Numbered from the stretch's first letter, positions 54,502-64,000 are shown. The stretch: DNA of 64,000 nt from Thermoplasmatales archaeon (GCA_027343225.1 DAHWMK010000005.1:98630-162629); one strand, 5' to 3'. Notes: generated by a model not told the origin, from the letters alone. Translations and numbers: made by a program.

Positions 54502-55440
54502 ATGAGATTTATTGATCTTCATCAAGACTTAGGGATTACTTCTCAGCGTGCAGATATTATTTCATCCACCGAGCAATCGAGCCTTAAGGCAATTGAAAAA
54601 TTCGAGGATGCGGTCATTTTTGGCGTCTGCTTTCCACACATTTCCGTCGTAAATGATAGGTCTGAAGAGTTGACAAAGCAGTACGGTTTTCCAACTCGTG
54701 CCACAGTACCGCTGTGGGACGACCTGATGGAACAAATGAAATTCTATGGATATCTAGAAAGAAAAGGCTTTGTCTCCATTGTAAGAAATAATTCCGACCT
54801 CGCTAAACGGGGAACAAAACTCCTTTTGAGTCTAGAGGGAACGGACTGTCTCAAAGATCCATATGATCTTTATCTATTGCGCAACTTGGGGCTGAGAGCT
54901 ATAGGCCTCACCTGGAACTACGACACTAAATTCGCAGCTGCAGCGATGTCCAAGAAAGACTATGGGCTTACAGGCTTTGGAAATGAATTAGTCAATATAG
55001 CAAACACCCAGAATGTCTTGATAGATCTTGCCCATGCTAGTAGAAACACGATATTAGATACCTGCTCTGTGACTAAGAAGCCCGTTATCTCTTCTCACGG
55101 AAATGCAAAGAGCGTATTCGATCATGTTAGAAACTTGGATGATGATTCCATAGATGCCATAATCAAGACAGGAGGGGTTATAGGCATTACTGCCATCAAA
55201 TCGACGCTTGGCAAAGATCCGTCCATAGATGATATGATAAAGCACATCGAATACGTAGGGGACAACTTCGGATGGAATCATGTTGCACTTGGAAGTGATT
55301 TCCTAGGAATAGAAGAGACTCCAAGAGGGTTCGAGAGTGTGTCGAAGATCGAAGATCTTGCTAATAGGCTCGGAACCCACGCCACTCAAGTAATGTGGGA
55401 TAATCCCCTCAGAGTTATCTGTCAAGTGATTCCACCTTGA
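54502..55440 (+). CDS. Membrane-dipeptidase-family (M19) dipeptidase
   Basis: 312 aa. M19 metal-ligand blocks IDLHQDL, LSLEG, DLAHAS, SSHGNA and LGSDFLG. Confidence 0.8.
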   Translation: MRFIDLHQDLGITSQRADIISSTEQSSLKAIEKFEDAVIFGVCFPHISVVNDRSEELTKQYGFPTRATVPLWDDLMEQMKFYGYLERKGFVSIVRNNSDLAKRGTKLLLSLEGTDCLKDPYDLYLLRNLGLRAIGLTWNYDTKFAAAAMSKKDYGLTGFGNELVNIANTQNVLIDLAHASRNTILDTCSVTKKPVISSHGNAKSVFDHVRNLDDDSIDAIIKTGGVIGITAIKSTLGKDPSIDDMIKHIEYVGDNFGWNHVALGSDFLGIEETPRGFESVSKIEDLANRLGTHATQVMWDNPLRVICQVIPP

Positions 55441-55674
55441 ATTAGTAAGTAATAGTCTTCAACAAGGGTATTGAAACCTAACGGCTCTCCATTTTTGATT
55501 TTCAGGTCATCAAATACGCATCCTGGCAAGAGAGGCCTCTGCGAACGAACTTTGCAAAGGTTTTTGATGACACCGTTATATACAGCGCTCAGACCACTAC
55601 AGTAGATTACAGTTCATGTAATGAAAAGAACGGGATCGATTTCTATAAGCCAATGACTGATGGCTGGCTCGTTT

Positions 55675-55962
55675 CTATAGAAACCTGAGAGCTTCCCGTC
55701 CCTTCATTCCTTCCCTTACTCCCTTTTCCCGCGCCTTTGCACTAATTTTGCCGACATCTTTGTTTAGAAGGTCCTCAAAGGAGTTTACTCCAGAAATGGA
55801 GACGGCAATTGCGCCTGTTTTATCAGCTGCCTCCATGTTGAGATATCCGCACATCAGGAAACCATTCCTACCATTTATGACAACTATTGGTGCGGGCTTC
55901 GTTTCTATTTTGACCCCGGTATAAACTTCCCCGTCTATAGATAGGTTTTCAATCTGTATCAT
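55675..55962 (-). CDS. DUF1805 (YunC-like) protein
   Basis: 95 aa. VVINGRNGFLMCGYLNMEAADKTG ... GVNSFEDLL ... AREKGV matches my recollection of DUF1805. The start overlaps the polymerase stop by 14 nt. Confidence 0.7.
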   Translation of the reverse strand: MIQIENLSIDGEVYTGVKIETKPAPIVVINGRNGFLMCGYLNMEAADKTGAIAVSISGVNSFEDLLNKDVGKISAKAREKGVREGMKGREALRFL

Positions 55963-57931
55963 ACTCTTGGATACTCGTTTGGTGTATTATAGATTGATGT
56001 CTGTATGGGTATGATATGCTCTCCCAGGACATCTCCAATTTTCTGAGATAATAATTCTTGTCATACCTGTTCTCGAGGTTTTCAATGTCTACGGTCCCTC
56101 TTTTCTCGTTTATGACAAACATCGATAACTTGTCCCCAGGTCCAGCATTATTCGCCTTTTCAATGGCTCTTCTTCTTATTCCATTGACTTTGTAGAATTC
56201 TGGTCGACGTGTGGCAACTATTGACAGTCTAAGTTCCGAGTCCTCGACGTCACCGCTTATCAACCTTTCCTTGTATGAATCGTAAATGGCTCTAACCTCG
56301 TTGTAGTGGTCATGAAACTCTTCTATTTTCGTTACCCTGGCATAGATCTTTAGTATTTCCTCCTGCATCTCTTTGCATATTTTTGGAAAATCTGTTCGTC
56401 GAAGTTCTATTCCTCTAACCTTGAATTTTCCATTGTCCATTAGTCCAAAGTATCTGTTCAGAGCCCCGCTTCCATCTCTAGCGGGAAGGAAGACGATCCA
56501 CTTATAGAATCCTTCTAGTGAGATCTTCAGCCTGCTCATTTCATCTATCTGGCTTATTACCTTTTGTACATTCCCGTCTCCTTGAAGCCAGATTGAGTCG
56601 ACTATTCCGTGTATAGTTCTAAAGCCTTCATTTTCTGCTATCTTAACGCTCTCCGTAAGTATCTTTCTTCCAAGGCAGGTTATAGATTCGTGAACTTCTA
56701 TCCTGCCAAACTTTGCATTTTTGTAACCGGTATAGCCGAACGACGTCAAGAGGAGCCACTTGAGGACTGCATCCCTTCTTCTGAATCTCTCGTCCGAGCT
56801 CTTCTTGCTTTTGTAATAGAGCCTGAGATCAAGAAGGTCAGACAGAAAATCGGATAGCATACCCCTCTTGTCTAGGCAGATTTCGTAGCCGAGGTCTTCT
56901 ATTCTCATGGATTTTTGGCACCTTACGTTGATAGTTTCCGGTGAGAGATTATAGTTGACTATTATGGATGGATACATCGAACTGAAGTCTAGTTCATAGA
57001 CTTCCTCGTAAATGCCTGGTATGGGTTGAAGGTACAGTCCACCTCTATCTGCACTTATGAACGTGTCTAAATCCTTTATCATCTCGTGATCATCCTTGTA
57101 AAGAGGAATCATTATTCCCTTCTCCAGAGATTTTCTTACTTCATACGACGATACTGCAGTTCCGGGAGTAATGCGGGCGGAATGAAAAAGAGGCAGAGAA
57201 GTAATCTTGGAGATGGTCGCCAACCCTTCAAGTCCACCTTCGCTAAAAATAAACGATGTATCCCCGTCGATGTGAGGTATCCCATAAACATTGAAACCGC
57301 TAGTCCTATGACTGATCCTTCCGTACGAAGTGAACGTTCTTTCCCTGCTTCTCGAGGTTTTGGCGGAATATCCCTGCATCTTAGCAACTGCAAAGAACTC
57401 CGGAAAGTACCTATCTCCTCCTTCGGAAACAATCAGATTGGCTTCCTTCAGGTTTGAAAAGAAGAAATCGAACGAGGAGGAGAGATTGGTGAACAGCTCG
57501 CCATTGATCTCGATTTCTTCCAGAGAATTGATGAATTTTATGTTAAGTATGTTGAGATCAGGTATTTCGAAATCCTTCCTCACGTCATCGCCGAAAAAGT
57601 GTAAGTTGTTTTTGACCATGAATGACTGAACAACGTTTATATCTGCATTATAGACCTTATAATCTCTGAAATTTCCAATCTTTTCTATTGCAAGAATTAG
57701 GTCTCCTATCCTATTGGGTGGAATAGTTATACTCACTACTTTTTTTCTTGAAAAAATGTCTTCGTGCTCTTCCAGTTTCCATCTTATCCAGGGTACCAAG
57801 TCTATCTCATCTGTTAGTTTTTCTAACCGTTCCCCAGCAACGTATATTGTATGGTTGTAATTCCATTTCTTAATATTTCTGTATTCGTCTATGGTGTACA
57901 GGGCCTTTCCTCCCCAAGCATCAACGATCAT
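55949..57931 (-). CDS. Short family-B DNA polymerase paralogue (PolB2/Dpo2-like); the exonuclease motifs are degenerate and motif C is non-canonical
   Basis: 660 aa. Motif A LDFSSMYPSIIVNYNLSPET, motif B-like KWLLLTSFGYTGYKNAKFG, and motif C IHGIVDSIW instead of Y-x-DTD-[GS]. There is no FDIET-type Exo I (LNILNIKFIN at the equivalent place). Confidence 0.85.
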   Translation of the reverse strand: MIVDAWGGKALYTIDEYRNIKKWNYNHTIYVAGERLEKLTDEIDLVPWIRWKLEEHEDIFSRKKVVSITIPPNRIGDLILAIEKIGNFRDYKVYNADINVVQSFMVKNNLHFFGDDVRKDFEIPDLNILNIKFINSLEEIEINGELFTNLSSSFDFFFSNLKEANLIVSEGGDRYFPEFFAVAKMQGYSAKTSRSRERTFTSYGRISHRTSGFNVYGIPHIDGDTSFIFSEGGLEGLATISKITSLPLFHSARITPGTAVSSYEVRKSLEKGIMIPLYKDDHEMIKDLDTFISADRGGLYLQPIPGIYEEVYELDFSSMYPSIIVNYNLSPETINVRCQKSMRIEDLGYEICLDKRGMLSDFLSDLLDLRLYYKSKKSSDERFRRRDAVLKWLLLTSFGYTGYKNAKFGRIEVHESITCLGRKILTESVKIAENEGFRTIHGIVDSIWLQGDGNVQKVISQIDEMSRLKISLEGFYKWIVFLPARDGSGALNRYFGLMDNGKFKVRGIELRRTDFPKICKEMQEEILKIYARVTKIEEFHDHYNEVRAIYDSYKERLISGDVEDSELRLSIVATRRPEFYKVNGIRRRAIEKANNAGPGDKLSMFVINEKRGTVDIENLENRYDKNYYLRKLEMSWESISYPYRHQSIIHQTSIQEYDTD

Positions 57932-58146
57932 TTGAATTCTTTTTTTATTTCTATCAGCACAAAGAGAAGAAATGAGAAATAAGGATCTAGGCTCGTTATA
58001 GAGCCCTCTGGAATGTGAAGCTTGGTCTTTTTTATGAAGTCTTCCACTATATCTCTATCACGATTGTTCATCAATCTTTCAGCCTTTCTTATCTCTTCCG
58101 TTATACTTTCTATTTCCATTCTAAGGCTAGGGGTGTTTCTTCCCAT
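57928..58146 (-). CDS. Hypothetical 72-aa protein, translationally coupled to the PolB2-like gene
   Basis: ATG start. Its TGA overlaps the polymerase ATG (ATGA). Charged helical N-terminus with a hydrophobic C-terminal segment. Confidence 0.45.
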   Translation of the reverse strand: MGRNTPSLRMEIESITEEIRKAERLMNNRDRDIVEDFIKKTKLHIPEGSITSLDPYFSFLLFVLIEIKKEFK

Positions 58147-58580
58147 CTCTTAACGACCTCGAGTATCTTCCTGCGGAATACGTTGTCCAACCAAGGCGGT
58201 CTAAACTCCTCGTCTCCGACTAAATATACTATGCTGGGTGTCTCTGTCCGTCTAGATATCTCTTCTAGTGCGCTCGATATATTAAGCAACACGTCTTCCT
58301 TCCACTCCTTCAATTCAGAGAGCCTGACCACAATGAAAATAGAGAAATCGTCATAGTAAAAATCCTCAACTATGGTTTTCTGAAACTGATACATATTAAG
58401 AATCCTCTGTATGTATAATTGATTTCCAAGTTTCCTTTTTAAATAATGGGCATCAACAAACACCCCATCCCCAAGTAGCAGGAGAGTCTTTCCATAGCTA
58501 TTCACGAAATCTTCGAGGAGAATCGAATTGAACTCTTCCATTTCCATGAGATATGAATGTCTCGGATTCGCCCTGAACAT
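58110..58580 (-). CDS. Hypothetical 156-aa protein, first gene of the PolB2-like cassette
   Basis: ATG start with a TATA-like AAAGTTAAAATATC about 20-32 nt upstream. The 3' end overlaps the 72-aa ORF. No family recognised. Confidence 0.5.
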   Translation of the reverse strand: MFRANPRHSYLMEMEEFNSILLEDFVNSYGKTLLLLGDGVFVDAHYLKRKLGNQLYIQRILNMYQFQKTIVEDFYYDDFSIFIVVRLSELKEWKEDVLLNISSALEEISRRTETPSIVYLVGDEEFRPPWLDNVFRRKILEVVKRWEETPLALEWK

Positions 58581-58696
58581 ATATAAAAATCAGTGTGTCG
58601 ATATTTTAACTTTATAGCTCTTAATGAAAAATGAAAAAATTGAAAAAATGATTTTTTAGCAAAAACTCATAAATAAAGTCGAACTCCAACACAACA

Positions 58697-59170
58697 ATGA
58701 TAGAACTAATTCCAATGAGTGAAGAGGACCTAGAAGAATACCTGAAAACTGCCGTAGAGAACTATGCCAGCGAAAAGGTCAAGTCCGGAAACTGGAGGCA
58801 GAAAGAAGCCTTTGAAAGGTCGAAGAAAGAATATGCCAGACTTCTTCCGAATGGAGTAAAAACAGAAGGGCACCATCTCTTTACGATAAAAGATGGAGTC
58901 ACTGGCCGTAAAGTGGGAATGATCTGGGTGGGAGTAAGTGGGACAGACAATGAAATAGATGGAGCCTGGATTTGGGACTTCTCCATAAACGAAAGGGAGA
59001 GAGGGAAGGGGTTTGGCAAGGAGACACTGAAGGCTCTAGACGCCGTGCTCTCAGGTCTAGGTCAGAGAAGGATTTCATTGCAAGTATTTGGACACAACGA
59101 AGTAGCTATAAACCTCTATAAGAAATCTGGATATCACATAACTAATCTGGTAATGTCAAAGAACCTCTAA
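58697..59170 (+). CDS. GNAT-family N-acetyltransferase
   Basis: 157 aa. Acetyl-CoA motif A ERERGKGFGKETL. Confidence 0.8.
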   Translation: MIELIPMSEEDLEEYLKTAVENYASEKVKSGNWRQKEAFERSKKEYARLLPNGVKTEGHHLFTIKDGVTGRKVGMIWVGVSGTDNEIDGAWIWDFSINERERGKGFGKETLKALDAVLSGLGQRRISLQVFGHNEVAINLYKKSGYHITNLVMSKNL

Positions 59171-59370
59171 GAGATACAGTCCGACCCCTAGACGTCTTCC
59201 ATATCTAAGAATCTTCAAGATTATATTTCACTGACATGATCTAAATAGATCAGGCATATTTAGAAAGGTTTGATGGACTAATGAGTTAACAAATTTATGC
59301 CCGAAGGAACAATTGCAGAAATAATGAGGAAAAGGAATAAAAAATAAAAGAAGTCAAATTTGTTTTCGGT

Positions 59371-60651
59371 TTAGTACCAGCCTCGAATCTTCATTGCTTT
59401 TGCTACTCTGTCCACTGCAAGGATGTACGCTGCCATTCTTGGAGTCGTATTGTACTTGGTCATCGTCTCCGTGGTTTCCCAGAAACTCTTTGACACTTTC
59501 CTGTCCAGCTTGCTGTAGACCTCATCGATGTCCCAGTAGAATCCATTTATATTCTGAACCCACTCAAAGTATGATACTATGACCCCACCAGAGTTCGCTA
59601 AGAAGTCTGGGATGTCGAATACCTTGTTCTTGGCAAGAATTTCATCTGCTTCTGGTGTCGTTGGGCCATTTGCGAGCTCTAGGACGATTTTCGCTTTTAC
59701 GTTTGCAGCGTTCTTCCCGGTAATCTGGTTCTCAAGTGCGGAGGGCACAAGGACGTCCACCTTCAGCTCAAGTAGTTCTGCATTTGATATTTCCTTTGCT
59801 CCCTTAAATCCAACTACGCTTCCGGTTTTCATCTTGTGGGCCTTGACGGCTACAAAATCAAGTCCGTCTGCGTTGTAGATCCCTCCCTTACTATCGGATA
59901 CTGCGACAACTTTGGAGTGGAACATTTCTGTTATGAGCTTGTGTGCAAACTCTCCAGCATTACCGAATCCCTGGATTGCAACAGTGGCCTTTCCCAGATC
60001 GACGTGAAGATGTTTTGCAGCCTCTCTCAGGATGTACATTCCACCCCTTGCCGTTGCGTCTCCTCTTCCCAGTGATCCTCCCACTTCCAGTGGTTTTCCG
60101 GTAATGACACCCGGAACGTTGTAGCCCTCCATTACAGAGTACTCATCCATCATCCAAGCCATTATTTGGGGTGTCGTATAAACATCTGGGGCTGGAATAT
60201 CGATGTCAGGGCCTATGTACTCTCCTATTGCCCTTACATACCCCCTCGAAAGCCTCTCAAGCTCTCCAGCGCTGAGAGTTTTGGGGTCGCAAATTATTCC
60301 TCCCTTTGCTCCGCCGTAAGGAATGTCAGCCAGTGAGACCTTCCAGGTCATCCACGCAGCCAGAGCCTTCACCGTCGAAAGGCTCTCCTGTGGGTGGAAT
60401 CTGATCCCTCCCTTGGTAGGTCCTCTCGCAAAATTGTAGTGGACTCTGAATCCTGTGAAGACTTTGGTAGATCCATCATCCATCTTCACTGGGATCTGAA
60501 CCTGGACCATGCTCATGGGTTCTCGCAAAATGGCATGTGCCTGAGGATCCAGCTTCATTATTCCGGCCGCTTCATCCAGTTGTTTTTGTGCAATTTTAAA
60601 TGGGTCGAGTTCTTCGGGTTTCTTATCACTCTTAGGTTGTTGCATCATCAT
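59371..60651 (-). CDS. gdhA: Glutamate dehydrogenase
   Basis: 426 aa. Catalytic-Lys block [10 protein letters not shown] and dinucleotide fold [10 protein letters not shown]. Confidence 0.95.
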   Translation of the reverse strand: MMMQQPKSDKKPEELDPFKIAQKQLDEAAGIMKLDPQAHAILREPMSMVQVQIPVKMDDGSTKVFTGFRVHYNFARGPTKGGIRFHPQESLSTVKALAAWMTWKVSLADIPYGGAKGGIICDPKTLSAGELERLSRGYVRAIGEYIGPDIDIPAPDVYTTPQIMAWMMDEYSVMEGYNVPGVITGKPLEVGGSLGRGDATARGGMYILREAAKHLHVDLGKATVAIQGFGNAGEFAHKLITEMFHSKVVAVSDSKGGIYNADGLDFVAVKAHKMKTGSVVGFKGAKEISNAELLELKVDVLVPSALENQITGKNAANVKAKIVLELANGPTTPEADEILAKNKVFDIPDFLANSGGVIVSYFEWVQNINGFYWDIDEVYSKLDRKVSKSFWETTETMTKYNTTPRMAAYILAVDRVAKAMKIRGWY

Positions 60652-60783
60652 TTCACCTATAATGCGTAGGGATATCGCATTTTAATTCATAAAGGTTGTT
60701 GATTAATCGCAATTAATCTTATTTGTGGGTGCTGTAAGCCTCAAAATTCACAAAGGTTATTTTGTTCTATATCATAGAGAGGC

Positions 60784-61596
60784 GTGAAGATAGATTTGTG
60801 GTTCTCGGAACTTCAAAACGAAGACGTGAAATTTGGGGTCAGGGTAAAGTCCCACCTCTTCTCTAAAGAGTCAAAATATCAGAAGATAGACATTTTCGAT
60901 ACAGAGTTCTTTGGGAGAGTAATGATTCTCGACGGATGCTTCATGATAACAGAAAAGGATGAATACATGTACCAAGAGATGCTTTCCCACCCCGCAATGG
61001 TCTCGCATCCTGATCCGAAGAGAGTTTTAATCATTGGCGGCGGTGACGGGGGGGTAGCAAGGGAAGTGCTCAGATACCCGGTTGAGAGTGTAGATCTCGT
61101 TGAGATAGACGAGGAAGTTATCGCGGCCTCAAAGGCCTATCTTCCCAGCATAGCAGCTTCATTCAACGATAAAAGACTTAAGGTTCACAATATGGATGCG
61201 TTCGAATTTGTCGATGCCGATATGAGTTATGACATAATATTAGTGGATTCTACCGATCCGATTGGGTTTGCGGCATCTCTCTTCTCTGATGTGTTCTATT
61301 CAAAGGCCAGGAAGTTATTGAATAGTAATGGCATCATCGTCACTCAGAGCGGCTCTCCGTTCATGAACCCAGATTTCATAAAGAAGGCCTATCGAGGGTT
61401 GAAAGAACACTTCAAGACAGTGCGGCCCTACCTGTCGTTTGTTCCTTCCTATCCCTCAGGAATGTGGTCTTACGTGATGGCCTCTAATGGCAGAATAGAG
61501 AAGAGGCGCGATTTCACCGGAAGATACATGAACAGCGATCTTTACAAATCCTGCTTTGTGCTTCCGGAATTCGTCAAAAAGGTTCTCGAAAGCTGA
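60784..61596 (+). CDS. speE: Spermidine synthase (aminopropyltransferase)
   Basis: 270 aa. IIGGGDGGVARE, VEIDEEV and VDSTDP. GTG start. Confidence 0.9.
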   Translation: MKIDLWFSELQNEDVKFGVRVKSHLFSKESKYQKIDIFDTEFFGRVMILDGCFMITEKDEYMYQEMLSHPAMVSHPDPKRVLIIGGGDGGVAREVLRYPVESVDLVEIDEEVIAASKAYLPSIAASFNDKRLKVHNMDAFEFVDADMSYDIILVDSTDPIGFAASLFSDVFYSKARKLLNSNGIIVTQSGSPFMNPDFIKKAYRGLKEHFKTVRPYLSFVPSYPSGMWSYVMASNGRIEKRRDFTGRYMNSDLYKSCFVLPEFVKKVLES

Positions 61597-61631
61597 AGAC
61601 CAAGGATGAGTGGCCAGGAATACTACAGCGT

Positions 61632-62012
61632 TCACTTTACGTGGAATTGGTCTTTCTTTTCCTCGTATTTCTTCCTGAAGGACGGCCCTAGCCTAGTTGA
61701 TATCAAATCAAGTTCCCGCGCATTCTTGATAAATGTGGCTTTGCTGTCCGTATAGATGAGTTCTTCAAATTTTCTTCTCTGAAATACTGTTGCTGTGAAT
61801 AGATAGATGAAGTAAAGAAGTCCTGCTAGAGAGAGGATGAAGACGTAATCCCTCCAGTCGCCTATATAGAGGATGAATGACTGGAGATTGAGCGGAAGGG
61901 AGTTAAGTCCATAGAAGAAGTCTGCAACCGTAACAATAAATAGGAAGAGGGTTACTGCAAGCATGACCAGCGAAATGGGAATCTTAAACTCCTTGTATTT
62001 TCCTCGTTCCAT
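61632..62012 (-). CDS. Membrane protein (126 aa, 2-3 TM)
   Basis: Hydrophobic N-terminal two-thirds and a charged C-terminal tail. No family recognised. Confidence 0.5.
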   Translation of the reverse strand: MERGKYKEFKIPISLVMLAVTLFLFIVTVADFFYGLNSLPLNLQSFILYIGDWRDYVFILSLAGLLYFIYLFTATVFQRRKFEELIYTDSKATFIKNARELDLISTRLGPSFRKKYEEKKDQFHVK

Positions 62013-62031
62013 TCCACTGGATTTGAAAGGG

Positions 62032-62580
62032 CTATATTTCCTTTTTCTTAAGAAATTCGAGCAGAGCGGACGCTGCCTTTGACCTGTGAGACAGTGAATT
62101 CTTACTTTCTGTTGTCATTTCTGCATATGTTTTGTCTTCCCCCTCAGGAATAAATATTGGGTCAAAACCAAAACCGTTGCTGCCACGCATTTTCTCGGAA
62201 ATAGCACCCTTGGTCCTTCCTACAAAGAGATTCACCTTACCGTCATAGTATGCAATGCATGTCTTGAATTCAGCATTCCTATCCCGGATCCCTTCCATCA
62301 ACTTCAGTATGCCACCATTTCCAAGTGTCCTATTGACGTAAGAAGAGTAGACTCCCGGGAAACCACGAAGTGACTCTATGAACAGTCCGGAATCGTCTAT
62401 CAAAAAGTCCCCCTTGATCACTCCCTTTAGGTAACTCATAGATTTTTCTGCGACCTCCTCTATGGTGTCAAGCTGCTCCTCCGGGTAGCTCATTAACTTT
62501 AACTCTAGATCCAGTCCTGCCCTTTCCATCATCTCCTTGTATTCGACATATTTTCCTTTATTGGAAGTGACCAACATCAA
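62032..62580 (-). CDS. Non-canonical purine NTP pyrophosphatase (ITPase, HAM1/RdgB family)
   Basis: 182 aa. TSNKGKYVE, PGVYSS, FGFDPIF and SHRSKA. The start overlaps the kae1-bud32 stop by 4 nt. Confidence 0.9.
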   Translation of the reverse strand: MMLVTSNKGKYVEYKEMMERAGLDLELKLMSYPEEQLDTIEEVAEKSMSYLKGVIKGDFLIDDSGLFIESLRGFPGVYSSYVNRTLGNGGILKLMEGIRDRNAEFKTCIAYYDGKVNLFVGRTKGAISEKMRGSNGFGFDPIFIPEGEDKTYAEMTTESKNSLSHRSKAASALLEFLKKKEI

Positions 62581-64000
62581 GTATATCTCCTCCTATTTTC
62601 GATTTCTGCAACTTTCTTCATGACCTCGCCATATTTTGAAAATCTCCTGTAACCTTTAAGAAACCACCTAAATGATTCTTCTCTTCCGAGAGTGGTAAGT
62701 GATTCTTTCATGAGGTGGATATCAACCCCCAGATCCTCCGCTTCTGCATCGAGCTCTCCCATCGACGGGTCTATTAGGTATACTTCATCAGAAACTATAA
62801 CGTTTCCTAGGTTGAGGTCCCCATGGGAAATTCTCCTTTCGTGCATCAGGGCGACGACATTCCCGACTTTCTGCAAAGTAGTATCAAACTCGACGTCGTT
62901 GGTGAGTTGGCTGAGTACCTTTCCCTTTAATCTACTCAGCATGAGCGAGGAATTGGCCAGGTCAACATAGAGAACGTCAGGAGATCTTATGCCAATAGCC
63001 TTGAAGGAGTGAAGGATTCTCACCTCCCTCTTGATCCTCGAATTGTTTATGTTTCTGTTCAGCTGCTCGTTTCTGTACTCTCCTCCCATTCTCTTCTTTA
63101 CTATGCAGTCCAGTCCTTCAAATTTTGATTTGCATACTACGCTCTCTCCTCCTACCATCCCTCTTGGACGGAGCTCTCTCCTCCCAATCCACCTGCTGTC
63201 CCTCGAGTCTACCCTGTCAGTCTGTTCAAGCTTCACTCTATATGATGTCCGGAGGTCGCTCATGTATCCAGCCAGGGCTATCATTGCACCGTTGTCGGAA
63301 AGCAAAGAATCCTCAGGGAAATAGAACCTGTAGCCCCTCATCCTGGCCATGCCTGAGAGTAACTCACGTAATCTCCTGTTCCTTGCCACTCCTCCCGTGA
63401 TCGCAAACTCCTTGAGACCGAAGTGGGCCATCCCCCTTTCGACGATCTCTGCAAGAGCGGTAAAGGAATACTCCTGTGCATTGAAGGCGATATCTTCTTG
63501 TTTCTCTTTTGCTATTCTGTTCTTCAGGAACGTGTAAAGACCTGAGTAGGAGACGTCCATTCCCCTAACGGTATAGGGGCAGTCCATCACCTTAGTCCCC
63601 CTTTTAGCGAGTTTCTCAAGAACTGGGGCACCAGGAAAGGGTATGTTCAGGTCTCTCGCCACTTTGTCAAGGAAATTGCCAATTCCTATGTCTAGTGTTT
63701 CTCCCAGGACGGAATACCTATTGTCCCCTATGGTAATTAGCTGGGTGTTTCCACCTGATACGTAAAGAAAAAGGGGATTCTTGAATCCGGAAAACTTCCT
63801 AGCTATCTCGAGATGACCTACTCCGTGATTAACCGGTATCAAGTCCTTGGAATAACTTACTGAAAGATATCGGGCAAGTTCTACTCCCGTTTTGAGGGCA
63901 GGGCCCAGTCCTGGTCCTATGCTGAAGGCAATCCCGTTCACATCTTTAATTCTGATATTGTGTTCTTCGAGCAGGGCCGTCAAAAGATCTGGAAGAACTG
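62577..64000 (-). CDS. kae1: Kae1-Bud32 fusion protein (t6A synthesis); the N-terminus runs off the window end
   Basis: The track ORF starts at an internal TTG, and the frame stays open to position 64000 (...VLPDLLTALLEEHNI). Kae1 blocks GPGLGPAL and GGVARN are followed by a Bud32 kinase domain (HGDLNLGNVIV). Confidence 0.9.
   Translation of the reverse strand, partial: VLPDLLTALLEEHNIRIKDVNGIAFSIGPGLGPALKTGVELARYLSVSYSKDLIPVNHGVGHLEIARKFSGFKNPLFLYVSGGNTQLITIGDNRYSVLGETLDIGIGNFLDKVARDLNIPFPGAPVLEKLAKRGTKVMDCPYTVRGMDVSYSGLYTFLKNRIAKEKQEDIAFNAQEYSFTALAEIVERGMAHFGLKEFAITGGVARNRRLRELLSGMARMRGYRFYFPEDSLLSDNGAMIALAGYMSDLRTSYRVKLEQTDRVDSRDSRWIGRRELRPRGMVGGESVVCKSKFEGLDCIVKKRMGGEYRNEQLNRNINNSRIKREVRILHSFKAIGIRSPDVLYVDLANSSLMLSRLKGKVLSQLTNDVEFDTTLQKVGNVVALMHERRISHGDLNLGNVIVSDEVYLIDPSMGELDAEAEDLGVDIHLMKESLTTLGREESFRWFLKGYRRFSKYGEVMKKVAEIENRRRYT

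Noticed and set aside
58623-58657. A-tract repeat ATGAAAAATGAAAAAATTGAAAAAATGATTTTTT in the PolB2-cassette/GNAT divergent promoter, as intrinsically curved DNA or an 11-codon mini-ORF
   Set aside because: The repeat periods are 7-9 nt, so they are not helically phased. The mini-ORF has no start context. It is most simply AT-rich promoter spacer.
1-64000. A search for CRISPR arrays, rRNA genes, IS elements, transposases, integrases, inteins in DP2/MCM/PolB, and toxin-antitoxin pairs
   Set aside because: No regularly spaced repeats, no rRNA-like sequence and no transposase- or integrase-like ORFs were seen. DP2, MCM and the PolB-like protein are collinear with intein-free homologues.

Overview
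This is a 64-kb chromosomal window from a euryarchaeon, most likely a Thermoplasmatales-type acidophile. Supporting evidence: PolD large subunit (DP2), MCM, FtsZ plus archaeal SepF, a Kae1-Bud32 fusion, thermopsin, and a tRNA-Tyr with the C1-G72 pair and an intron. AT-rich TATA-like boxes sit about 20-30 nt upstream of many start codons, suggesting leaderless or short-leader mRNAs. GC content is about 40% by eye and was not computed.

The window is densely coding, with about 60 genes, many with overlapping stop and start codons. The content is mostly housekeeping:
- Replication, division and translation: rnhB, DP2, a GPN GTPase, ftsZ, metG, mcm, a PolB2-like polymerase, sepF and kae1-bud32.
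- Nucleotide, cofactor and central metabolism: guaB, purA, dcd, folP, an ITPase, speE, gdhA and an ADH/ALDH pair.
- Peptide scavenging: secreted thermopsin, an M32 carboxypeptidase, an M19 dipeptidase, and a five-gene Opp/Dpp-type ABC importer.

No rRNA, CRISPR array, transposase or integrase was seen.

The items most worth a second look are:
1. A complete TPP (THI-box) riboswitch hidden under a spurious 67-aa ORF, directly upstream of a ThiBPQ-like ABC importer.
2. A tightly coupled four-gene cassette built around a short, exonuclease-dead PolB2-like polymerase with a non-canonical motif C, plus DUF1805 and two small unknown proteins.
3. An Opp system in which both the binding protein (1565 aa, membrane-anchored, with a long Ig-like extension) and the OppC permease (a roughly 470-aa extracellular insertion) are greatly enlarged.
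4. An orphan Dam-type methyltransferase.
5. Two tRNAs with notable features: an intron in tRNA-Tyr and a C at T-loop position 55 in tRNA-Gly.

Coordinates that I derived by hand (tRNAs, riboswitch, repeats, revised starts) may be off by 1-2 nt. The ORF track shows TTG and GTG starts as M.
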